A DNA stretch of 64,000 nucleotides, from the NCBI RefSeq assembly GCF_009914755.1, contig NC_060944.1. The stretch is one strand, 5' to 3'. This document shows, piece by piece, positions 1-13,529 of this stretch. Under the pieces are notes generated by a model. The model did not search any database, was not told the DNA's origin, and saw nothing but the letters and a program-made list of their open reading frames with translations. The DNA comes from the human T2T-CHM13v2.0 reference genome, Homo sapiens. Position 1 is the stretch's first letter. Every line of letters starts with the position of its first letter. A program made the translations under genes and the position numbers.

Positions 1-1628
<1,628 letters not shown>

Positions 1629-1894
1629 GGGTAAACTTTGCTGAGATCTTTAAAAAAGAGATCAGGTAAAGAACCCAATAAAGTCAGACTCTTGGGTCAG
1701 AAACTAGGTAGGGCATTCCAAGGGGAAGTTTGGCTGGAGAATAGAAAAAAGAAAGAAAATCATCACATGAGCTTAGAAACACTGGAACCACTGATATACA
1801 AAAGTATTTTTATCATAAACAATTATATTTATATTTTGGTTGGTTTGTATTGTCCTACAAACAGTTAGTACAATAGTAACTAACTTGGAATATA

Positions 1895-1975
1895 TATTCG
1901 TTCATTCAACAAACATTTTCTAAACATTTACTATGTACAGATACTATTTTAGGAATGTAGAAAACATTCTAGAGA
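1895..1975 (-). mobile_element. L2 3'-end fragment
   Basis: ttcattcaacaaacattt...tactatgt is the reverse complement of the L2 terminus. Confidence 0.55.
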
Positions 1976-2932
1976 GCAGTAAACCATTAAAAACCTTCCC
2001 TTTTATTTTAAATCACTGTTATTAAACACAGCACCTTAAATCATCTTTTCCTATCCCATTGCAATTTTGGCTCAATGTCATAACCATTGTAATCAATTTC
2101 CATTTTTAAAACTTAATCAAATCTGGTTTGATACTTTATAATCTGTGTGAAGATCTCTTCTTCCCTTAACTCTTCTAGATTTGAATGTTTCCAGTAGAAA
2201 AGAGAAACAGCAAGTGCCTCCTAATGATAAGATACAGTAATTATTATTGTTGTGGGGATGTGACTCTCTTCTTGCTCTCAGCAGATCTGTTTCCATCTTA
2301 TATAGCTGGTCTTCCAGTAGGTATCTGTGGTTTTCCTGGGATAATGCTCAGGTTTGCCCTGGCTCTTCTGTGGGAAGCTCCCTTAAAGAGAGACAGCGGA
2401 GTCTTCATTTAGCCCTGGCACTGGTCTATCCATGCTTCCAACTCCTTTTTATGGTAAAGATTCCACTACTTTACTAGATAGAATCCCTGTAACTCATGCA
2501 TCTCCATTAACCTCCATGATCCTACACATGGAGCCACCGGAACAGTTAAAGTTCTTGTTCTCACTCTCTAAGGGTTACAAAAACAACAGTACTACACAAT
2601 ACTTCCCAAGCCTGATGCATGAACCACTTTAGAGGGAATTCTATCTTTATAAATCATTGAACTAAAAGAGGACACTGGACTCTATGTTCATGTACAATGC
2701 CAAACTCTTGTGAACCTATGTCAAGAACTTCCATGAACTCTGACAATAAACTCTATTTCAATCAGAAATTTTCTGCAGGTTCTAACCCTTGGTACAAATC
2801 CATCCTGAGATGATATCAGGTTCCCTTTTTTATAGCAGCCCAAGACTTTATAAATCTTCCCTTAAAGGGTCCCACAACTTGGCTTTAGAACTTAGGAAAT
2901 CACACCTTTCCTCTTGGTTATTATAGGAGAAT

Positions 2933-3406
2933 TGTAGTAGATGCTGTAAGTGCCATGGCCTCATCCCCTTAGCTGCCACCATTCCAGTACACACGTACAG
3001 CATCCTACCAAAGACACCTGACTTTCACCTAAGGGCTTTCTTTCAACCTCATATGGGGCAGATCAGAAATGTTGAGATGTTGACACCATTGAGAACAGCC
3101 CTCAGAAAGAGAGGATAGGAGTGGGTGTTTAAATACCCCCACTTTCACACCCCTCACGTAGGACAACTTGGTGGCATATTCTATGCTCTGTCCTGGAGTT
3201 CCCCAGAAAGATAGGGACTCAACTGTTTTCAGTGGTAGCCTGTTCCATAACACACTTAGTTGAGTGTTCTTTTCTTTCCTTTCTCTCTCTACCTCCTCCG
3301 TTGGGATTTCCTGGGATTTTCCTGGGATCTATCCCAGGAAATCACATCCCAAATAAACCACTTACATTTGAAATCTACTTCAAGATGGACTCCCCCCCAA
3401 AAAACA
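2933..3406 (+). mobile_element. LTR16-family (ERVL) solo LTR
   Basis: Starts tgtagtagatgctgt..gcc..atcccctt; 3' part cctgggat..cccaaataaaccacttacatttgaaatc resembles the LTR16 consensus. Confidence 0.65.
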
Positions 3407-3847
3407 ATGGGGCACCACATTTTATGTGTCCTTCTCTGCTTTGAGAATTAGCTATAATTTTGTCTCATTAGGAGAAGTTTCACCCAATGCTAGATGTATT
3501 CAACTACATTTGTATTCACATTTACATTTATATGTAAATAAATAAATATCTGACAAGTATCTGGTTACTTAGATCAGGATGAAACATCTTGTGGTTCTTC
3601 AATCTCAGGGTTTTCATGAATAGTACCCAGTAGCTTTTCATCACATTGTTTTGTTCTGTAACAGGGCATCTGAACTTCATGCTAGTGCCTTTTTGAGCTG
3701 AAGATTTTATAGCTCTGTGAAAGTTCTGGAGCTCCCAGCACACGGGGGTTGAATATCAGAGTGTCTTTTTTCAGTAACACTCTGAATTTAAAAGAGTGGA
3801 AAAGACTTCAGGTGAGAAGGGAAATAAATGTTGTCCTCCCAGCTTAA

Positions 3848-3862
3848 ATGACTCAGCAAAAA
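3848..3862 (+). promoter_or_regulatory. Consensus antioxidant response element / CNC-sMAF site
   Basis: ATGACTCAGCAAAAA matches RTGACTCAGCA plus an AT-rich flank. Motif match only. Confidence 0.4.
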
Positions 3863-6402
3863 TAGCCACTGAAGACTACAGCCTAGGTTCATGGACCAGT
3901 GGGCAGAAGATTTTTGACACATTTCTGATACCATTACTGGCTAAGCAAATACTTTGTGTTTTTCAGTTGTCTCTGTTAGAGGACACATCCTTAGTCCTTT
4001 AATACCATGGGGTAAGTCAATGTATCAGTGACATGCATGGCACCAATTTAAAGACTAGTTTAAGGGATTATATCAGGAAACAAAGAAACACATACTAGAA
4101 TCTTATTTTGCAACAACCATTTGGCTCATAAGAACATCAATAGCAAAGATTGGGCTGTGCTATCCATATTTTCAACCTTGAAAGGGAATTCAGAAGATGA
4201 TCAGTGCCAGTTCTGCCTTCACCTGAAAAGACAAAGCCAAAAACATCCTTGATTTAATTGGATAACCCCCAAGATCTGGGATATCTGCTCATCTCAAGAT
4301 CAAAGAGTCTAGCTTTATTCTACATCATAAACTTTATTCTCACAAATTGATTACCTTTTTCTTGCCGGTGGAGAGCCTTGGCAGATGATCAGAGTTTCTG
4401 ACTCTCAAAGCTAGTCATATTCACGGTTGTTTTTATAGCCAATCTCGTGGACACTAAGCACTTTCCATAGGAACTTTACCTGCCCCTATGAGGCAGAACA
4501 TGGTGTATATCAGAGTAGGGGTCCATGAGCCAAAATCTTTTCTTATTTCAGAATCATAGCCACAATCCTACCATTTTGGTCAGATTGGATTTCATCTTTA
4601 ATACTTATTCTAGTGGCATTTTCCAATATTCATCTCCTCCATAGCTAATAACCTTGTTTTGGGATTATGTGTTTAACCAAAACAGCCAAACAACTTTGAC
4701 CCTGCTAAGGGGATAGAAAAACAAAAGGTAAGAGTAACTGTAAACCAGATGACATATCAGTTGTATTTCCCTTTGTTTTTGAGTGGCCTATTTGCTAGAT
4801 GAAAGCTAAGATCAAAATATCTCATATACACCTGGACACTTAAGTCAGATGAAAATATCTTGTAAATTATATGCCCCAGGGGCTTAAAAAACACCCCTTC
4901 CGGTTCCCAGAAACAGTGAAGCTTGAAGTTTTTGATGAGGACACAGATGAACCAGAAGACAGAAACCCCAGACTCAATTATCGATCAGATGGCAATATAT
5001 TTAGGGAAACACTAGGGAAAAGGAAACTAATGTCCTAGTCATCTGTCCCGATTATGAAGGCTGTGATATAAAATCCTCGCACTAACCTTGACCTACACCT
5101 TTAGCCCACTTCTGACATAGGACTAGAACCCCTCATTCAAGGTGTCCTCAAAACTCCATGGTCACAATTTCCCTTGCCATTGGTACCAGAATCCTGTCTC
5201 ACCTCAAGTCTCCAAGTCCCTGATTGAAAAATAAGAGGTGCAAGTTTACTACGTGTTTTTCACTGAGCGTCCCATTGTTCCTGTCGTAAAGGACCCATCG
5301 ATATCAAGTCACTGCCTTCCTGCTCTCAGCTGATCACATTCTCTGCCATGGTGGCAGCTCCTCAGCAGGAAATGTTGAGGTCCAGAGAACACACAGGCAG
5401 AGCCCTGTTTCTAATGTTGCCATCCCGGTTGTGCATTTCTCAGGACCCAGTGTAGGCAAGAGTGTCCTAGAGCCCAGAAATAATCAGGCTGGAAATGCTC
5501 CTAGGCTTGGAGAAGACTCATTCAGGGGCAAAGCTGTAACTCCTATCGACACAGGGCAGGGCCCAGGTAACTGTGACATAACTGTCTTAGCCTATCTCCT
5601 TCCATGAAGAAATAGAGAACTAGAGGAGGCTCAAACAGGGCTCTTTAGGTAGAAATAGTGAGCTCATTACCAAGAATGTGTGGCAGTCATTAAATGATAT
5701 AGAATAATGCAGTGTCTATCGATAAAGCCCAAGGAAAAAGACTCTCTTGTTGACAACCTGAAGGGCAGGTTACCACTTTAGTACTTTGGTAGATGCTGCT
5801 ATAGGGGTATCCAAGTTACCTTTGTTTGTCCTTTGTCAAAGAATGAGCCCTGTCCAGATTGTGAAGCTTCTATCAGTTGGAAACTCCAGAACAGTATTAA
5901 AACAATGAACAAACTGCCTCAGCCCCCATGTTAAACTGATGTTAAACTGATTGAAGGCACTACATGGGGGGAACTCAGAGGAAAATATCTCAGATTTGCA
6001 AACAGTCTGGATTAGAGAATGCCCCAAAAAGATGTCCCAGAACTTAACCCACTGACATCCATTGATTTGAGTTTGGGAAGAGCTCAGAAGGGGAAAAACA
6101 AACAAACAAACAAAAACAGAATTAAACTCATCTTTCTGTGGGGTAATTCTTTCTGTTTGCTAAATAAATTAACGGAGTAAATAAAAACATAGAGCTACCA
6201 ATTCACCTTAGTTAAAGGAATAACTTAGGTTCAAGTACTTTAAAAACCCTAATTATGACATGTTGCTAATCATTCTTATTTGTTTTGCATAAGGAATTGC
6301 CTACAAATCAATACTTCCATCCCTAATTCACTTTATTTTACGCACTTGAAGCTGCTTTAAACTGCCTTTCCATAGCCACTTGTCCATAAGTCAGGGTTTT
6401 AT

Positions 6403-6459
6403 TAAAATAGCCAGTGCCCCTCTGAAGGTTTAAAACTCAGAGGGGCACTGGCTATTTTA
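6403..6459. repeat. Perfect 23-bp inverted repeat with 11-nt spacer (hairpin/cruciform)
   Basis: taaaatagccagtgcccctctga (6403-6425) is the exact reverse complement of tcagaggggcactggctatttta (6437-6459). Confidence 0.97.
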
Positions 6460-7764
6460 GGATTTACCTCCCAGCCACACTAACCGGAATGTTCACGTCT
6501 TGAGAAGTATAAAATCTACTGAAAAGTGGGCCACTGCTTCCCTTTCTAACCAGCAATTTCAGGTGAGTCCCTCTCCCCACTGTGTTCTGTGTTGTCATGA
6601 CAGAACACAAACAAACAAAAATCACCTGCAACCGTTTCTGGGGGAGACACCTCAGTGTTTCAGGATTAGAGTTTTAGGAAATAAAAATCAAGTTCACTAA
6701 ATATTTCCTTCAGTGTATAAAGTCTGCCATCAACCATTCCGAAAGCAAAGAAGCAATATTTGAGGTATCGTGGAATGTAAATACTAACTGGCTTGTGAAG
6801 GAGCTTTTTACCGCATGCAGAGTTTGTAAAGGGGCTTGCAATGCACTGCTATCACTGTTTGGATCGCCTGTGCAAGATTGCAACTAATAACTATGATTAC
6901 ATTCAAAAAACCCTTGTCAGAAAATGACATGAATGCATATCCCATGACTTGACATTATTGCATTCTACACTCTGCTCCTGGGAGTCACTTTTTTAAGGTC
7001 TGTCGGTGAGAAAATCTCTATTTCTCAATAGAAGCCCACATTTTACTAAATGAATACATTTTCTTTGATCAAATATCTATGTTGTTTTCCAGATAGACAC
7101 TGTAATTTGTTTTTAAAGTGGGTAAACATTCTGCAGCCTTTCTCATTGCCTCTATTCTTTTATTATGGTCATCCCTCCAAAATAAACCTTAAAAATTACA
7201 ACCTGCAAAGCCAGCATTGTTTTCATAGAGTCTCCTAATTTTCCCCATTGCTAAGGAGCATGCCATTTTGGTTAACTGCTGATAATAGTACATTGTGTTT
7301 AAGATTTGATAAAAGCATTCACATAAATTACAGATCAAGAGAGGTGTGTTTCTCTATCTGTAAAAGAGGTGGGTTAGACTAGAGTAAGCTTTAAGATCGC
7401 TTTCAAGTCTTACAGTATGAAAGTGGTCTTTAGGACTACAAAGAGCACATCTGTCCTCCAATCTTCATGCAGATTCTTGCTAATCTAACCCAACATGGAG
7501 GAGTAATGCTTCAAAAGAATTTGTTTCCACAACCTTTCTCAGAAACCCTCGCCGATTACCTTATCAAGGAGACCACTTTCTTTTTGAAGTGGAGTATTCT
7601 ATGCATAATTTCAGGCTAAATGACTTTTTGTTGGGTTATTAAAGTGGGAGATGGAAAACAAACGGTACTGCTTAGAAATCTCTCTTAGAGATGAAAAACA
7701 CTAAAGTTCAAAAAGATCGAGTGATTTTCTCAAGTTCACACAACTGGGTTGGGATTTTTGGCTA

Positions 7765-8190
7765 CACATTCGCTCACTTCTTAATGAATCATGCACTGAG
7801 TCCCTATCCCATGGCAGGCCCTGTACATAGTGGTAGGAATCTCGGGGATGTAAAAGGCAAGACCTTGTTCTTCATGGATTGTGGTGTAGGTGAAGGAACT
7901 TACACTAACAAGATAATGAACAATTGTCATAGAGAGTGACAAATGTTTCAAAAGCTTATTGACCCCAAGGTGCAGCGGTGCACATTAGAGGGCACCTAAG
8001 ACAGCCTACAGGGGTCAGAAAAGATGTCTCAGAGGGACTCACACCTGAGCTGAGTTGTGAAGGAAGAGCAGGATAGAATGAGCCAAAGATAAAGACTCCA
8101 GGCAAAAGCAAATGAGCCTGAGGGAAACTGGAGCCAAGGCAAGAGCAGCAGAAAAGAGCAAAGCCAGCCGGTGGTCAAGGTGGGCTACTG
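7765..8190 (-). mobile_element. L2 fragment
   Basis: cattcgctcac..actgagtccctatcccatggcaggccctgt..gaccttgttcttcatgga..cctgagctgagttgtgaagga, typical of antisense L2. Confidence 0.55.
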
Positions 8191-8213
8191 TGTATGCAGA
8201 ATGAGGAAGCTGG

Positions 8214-8427
8214 CCAAGTAGACATGTTTCAGATGATGAACATCCTGTGTACTAGATGCATTGGAACTTTTTTCATCCCCTCAACTCCACCAAGCCTCTG
8301 TCCACTCTTGGTACCTCTCTCCAAGTAGACATATTTCAGATCATGAACATCCTGTGTACTAGATGCATTGGAAATTTTTTCATCCCCTCAACTCCACCCA
8401 GCCTCTGTCCACACTTGGTACCTCTCT
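8214..8427. repeat. Tandem duplication, 2 x 107 bp
   Basis: Copies start at 8214 and 8321 (ccaagtagacat...); I count 5 substitutions. Confidence 0.95.
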
Positions 8428-8944
8428 CTATTCATATCTCTGGCCTCAAGGAGGGTATTTGGCATTAGTAAATAAATTCCAGAGATACTAAAGTCAGATT
8501 TTCTAAGACTGGGTGAATGACTCCATGGAAGAAGTGAAAAAGAGGAAGTTGTAATAGGGAGACCTCTTCGGAGCAGATGCAAGAAGATAAGATGTCTCTG
8601 CTTCCCCACCAGCTTCAATTCTCTCTTTGAAATGGCTAAGCAACTCCCCTGTGGGTTAGCTGAGGATAATAGAGAAGACAACAATAGCTAATGTGCAGGC
8701 ATTTTAGCAGGAGCTAAATGAGAAACACAGACACCAAACAGCCTAATTAATAAGGGAGCTATGAATATAATGTCCAATGAAGTATTCCCAGGAAAGGCCA
8801 TTGGGGCCCACCCTGTTGAGTGCAGTGGGAGGAGAGACAAGCAGGCAAAGCTAGTATTCATTCCCCTACACCAGGGGATGGCCAACGTTGTCCTAGACTG
8901 TAAGGGTGATAATACCTGTAACATCTATTCCCAGGGTAGTGGGA

Positions 8945-9009
8945 AAATTAGGGGTGCCATTGTTCAAATTATGAGTGCCATTGTTCAAATTAGGAGTGCC
9001 ATTGTTCAA
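8945..9009. repeat. Minisatellite, 3 x 21 bp (aaattaKgRgtgccattgttc)
   Basis: Units start at 8945, 8966 and 8987. Confidence 0.95.
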
Positions 9010-9056
9010 TGGGAAGTGTTTTGTTTGCTTATTTATATTTGTTTAGTGAGATGATG

Positions 9057-9350
9057 GGCAAGGCGTGGTGGCTGATACCTGTAATCTCAGCACTTTGGGG
9101 AGGTAGATTGCTTGAGGCCAGGATTTGGAGACCAGTCAGGGCAACATAGAAAGACCCCATCTCTACAAAAACTGAAAATATTTAGCTGTGCAGGGTGGTG
9201 CATGCCTGCGGTCCAGCTACTCAGGAGGCTGAGGTGAGAGGATTGCTTGAGCCCAGGAGTTTGGGGGAAAAGTGAGCTATGATCATGCCACTGTGCTCCA
9301 ACCTGGGCAACAAGCAAGATCCTGTCTCTAAAAAAATTTAAAAATTTTAA
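9057..9350 (+). mobile_element. AluJ
   Basis: Dimeric Alu with J-type ggattgcttgagcccagg; TSD agtgagatgatg at 9045-9056 and 9351-9362. Confidence 0.93.
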
Positions 9351-10599
9351 AGTGAGATGATGGACACCAGCTACAGAAGTCAGGTCTTCCACACTTCTTC
9401 TTAATTGCATTATGGGAATCTCCCCAAACTACCTCACTACACCATTAGTAAAAATAGGTCCTGGAAAAATCTTTACAAGAGACATGTCTTCATCTTAAAT
9501 GAATGAGGACTGTGAGTGACAGAACGTTTACTCAGCAGAGTGACAGGAAAGGTAGTGTGCATTTGCCCACGAAGTTATAGCTACAGCATAGACTTCTGGT
9601 GGCAAAGCAAGCACTGACATCCTAGGGGTGGTTTTTGCAGAGTTCATGCAAATGAAACATGAGCAGTGACTGTTGTAGGGCTTTGAATCAACAAAGTGAT
9701 ATGCCAGTAATTAGGTTTCAACTGACTCAGATCCCATTCTAGGCATTAATTGGGAGAAAATATGCAGATTGCTAGTTAAGAATAGAACAGTTATAGTTCC
9801 ATAGTCATTTTCTTTCTGTTCATCAATTTGTTTGATTTCTTGTGTGGCAAACACTTGCTCTTCCCTGTATATGTTTAGCTATTTCAGATGTTTTCTTTTT
9901 TTTAAAAAAAACAGCCATTTAATAATTAAATTAGAGATGTCTTTAAAGCACAATTGTATGTCCCTATGGCCTATGGGAGATTTTGTTTTGAATATTGGTA
10001 GCTTCTGGGATGACAGTGTTTCAGAGAACCCCAGAATGGGAGGAGGAAAACCTGTGTCTTCCACCTCTGTGTGTGCTGGGGTGCGGGGGGAGGAGGCGAC
10101 ACTGAGGCAAGGCTGAAATTCTTGAAATAAATATGTACTAAAGGGTCAGGGTATAATGAGCCCTACAGTTTACCCACATTTAGATAAAATTATCTGCCCA
10201 GTCAGGTTGCAGAAATTTCTGTCCACCCTCATATTGCACACACTCCTTTTGTTCACATTTATAGTTCTGATTAACTTTACTTAATAGGCTTTTCTCTTGT
10301 AACTTTCTGGCACTTGCTCCTCCCAAGGCCTTTTCTCCTGACTATGATTCTATGACTTGATTTAGTTTGACTCCTGGCTGGATCAGGGTCTATTAATGTG
10401 TCTGGCTCTGTGTTAAGGGATACACATACAGCAGGTGCATGTCAAGTTGGTGAATGGTACAGAGAAAATGTAGGAATAAAAACTGTTCATGAGTTCAAAG
10501 TTTAAACCAACGATCATAAAAGTCAATTGATTTTAGGTAACATGAAGGAGAGAAACAGACTGTCATAGAGAATAAAGTGAAGTAATGGGCAGAAGAGAG

Positions 10600-10745
10600 C
10601 AGCGGTTCTCAAACCTAAGCATGCATTGGAAACATCCGGAGTACTTACTAAGACCCAGGTCCTGGGCCTACCCTCAGATATGGGGTGGGCCAGGAATTTG
10701 CCTTCCTACAAGTTTCAGTATCATGGAGCAACCTCTGAGTAGAGC
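10600..10745. mobile_element. MER5-type hAT-Charlie MITE
   Basis: cagcggttctcaaac...ggggtgggccaggaatttgc..tacaagt. Confidence 0.65.
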
Positions 10746-11324
10746 TAAATTAGAGAGCACATCCTTCACAAAAGCATTCAAATTACACAACAAAAAGTTT
10801 TTAAAAAATGCAGCTCTGGAGCACACACACAAACACATATACTCACACAAACATAGTAACTGCAAGACAGATTAGATTCCTGTTTATAAATTCTGATACA
10901 AACAAAATTAGGCAGGAGAGTTATGAAGAACTAGGCAGTGAGCCTAAAACAAATCAGAGTTAATTTGGAACTGCTTCTTTTACCATTTTCTTTGTTGTTC
11001 AGGGAAGCCTCATTGAGAGATTTAAGAGTAGTTGCTATTATACTAGGCCTGTATCAAAGAGCAGGTGAGGACTAGGACAAGAAATATTATGAAACCCTCA
11101 GTAATCACCCCATTTTTTTTTACGAAGATGAAATCGAGCCGAGCCAAGCCAACCATTCACCAGACGAAGAGGTAAACAGGAAAAATCTTCCTAAGGCAAA
11201 TTTCAGGTATTTAGAGAAAAAGAGATATCTTTACCTGGAAATTAGAGGATAAAAGACCAATTCTGGTGGAATCACCTTAGTCAGGAAATACATTTTGATT
11301 TCTTAAAGCCATAGTTGCCATATC

Positions 11325-11505
11325 TAATGCATATTATGTACCATGTACTATATTAAGAACATTACTTCATTTCATCCTCACAATAATCAAATAGTGCAGA
11401 TATTACTATTATTTTCACTTTACAATGGAGAAAACTGAGGCATAAGGAGGTAAAGAAATTTGTCTAAATGCAAAAATCTATCACGTGACATAGCTGGAAT
11501 TAATA
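11325..11505 (-). mobile_element. MIR
   Basis: catttcatcctcacaa...gagaaaactgaggcataag, the MIR core in antisense. Confidence 0.8.
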
Positions 11506-11919
11506 TCTTGGTTTGCTTTCTACTACTTTAATATTGTAAGAGATTGCATTATACTGTTCCCTCTCCTTATATGCTCATGATTTTGAGATCTCCTGGAAGC
11601 ATTTCTTCCCCCACCTCCCTCTCTATCTATCAGCAACATAGCAATCCCCACAAAACATGCTGAGCAACAGGTTCTATTGACTGTATCCTGAGAGAAAATC
11701 TACAAGCTAGTGAAAGCTTGCCTAGTTAAAGCAAGTATATAGGCAATTGCCCCAGGAGTGCAGATAGTGCTATCATGAGACCTGGTACAGGTTTTAAGTC
11801 TCTGATATTTCCTGAAAACATATAGGGGCTGTAGTTTTGAGATATAACTCTTATTCACATCCATAAATATTGGTTTCACTAAAAATCTTTCTTGGTATAC
11901 TCAAAGCATCATTATTCCC

Positions 11920-12459
<540 letters not shown>

Positions 12460-13529
12460 TGAGTTGGCATAAAGTGACTGTCTTTCCATCTAGGGTGAGA
12501 ATCTTTCCTGGATGCCCTCTTCTACCCATAGTTGCAGTGGAGGACAGAAAAGAAGAAGAGGATAGACAAGATTGGTTCCAATCAATCAAGCTTTATTTCC
12601 TAGGTTTGGGCATGTGCTTCATCTGGGAAAAATAAAATTGCATCATGTTACAAAGATGAAGAAGGGTGTGGCTGTGGAGAGAAGGGCCACCGTGTCTACC
12701 ATAGCCACTGTTTCCCAAGTATCAAGTCCTTTTGCACATAATGTCTCTGGTTGAGGAATGTAGGGAATAGATTAAATAGGACAGTGTTTGCCTTCTAAGA
12801 GTTCACGATTTAATGCAAAACAAAATGGCACTGTAGAAATCTAACATCACAAGGTAAAGTTAAAAACACCAGATAAAACAAAAACCTTACATATATTGTA
12901 GAAAAACAATTTCTCATTCCATCTTCTCAGATTTCAGATTTCATTATGCAGTAAATGCTAATTCCTGAGAAGGCTTTTATTTGTCAGATGAATATCTGAT
13001 AGCAGAATCAGAATGTGCGTGGGCAGGCCACACATTTGCATCTGTTTTAATTTTTGAGAGTTGCTCTACTAAAGAGAAAAGGAACTTAATTTTATTCTGG
13101 GTCTGAAAATTATCATGAGTCACTCACAATAAATGTTGCACCATTACATATTAATAATAATTTTTAAAGTAGGCCTGCAGGCTGGGTCTTTATTGGATTC
13201 TCTTTCAGTGCTATTCAGTTATTGAGAATGTTGGCTTAAAATAAAAGGAAATTCACGAGTGATTTCTTAGGTGCCACATAGATTGTCTGTGATTTGGAGC
13301 ACTGGGGTTTAATTTGCAATCTACACTATTTCTGTTATACTCCTGACCGCTTCTCTGCTTATGGGGCTTGTGATGACCTTCCTAGGCATTTCTATTCTGC
13401 AGTATTTTAAATAATTTCTAAAATTCATGACTAAGTAAAAACAATTTTTCAAACCTGTCTCTTTTGCCTCCTAAAAAGAGTCCATTTCATTTACACTCCT
13501 AGCCATTCAACTTGCATTGCTTATTAAAA

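Noticed and set aside
4000-5170. Possible ancient ERV internal/LTR remnant or processed pseudogene
   Set aside because: I could not recover ordered protein motifs, a PBS, TSDs or a poly(A) tail, so it is left unannotated.
6437-6460. CTCF or MEF2 site in the hairpin arm
   Set aside because: cagaggggcac is off-register for the CTCF core, and ctattttag is one base short of the MEF2 consensus.
8945-9009. CRISPR-like array
   Set aside because: Head-to-tail units with no unique spacers, eukaryotic context, no cas genes.
9087-9410. Alu-derived ORFs (also 11990-12462, 29950-30213, 38677-39146, 43267-43521, 51136-51453, 59451-59687)
   Set aside because: Translations are standard Alu frames ([25 protein letters not shown]).
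9480-9489. p53 response element (AGACATGTCT)
   Set aside because: Only one half-site, with no adequate adjacent second decamer.
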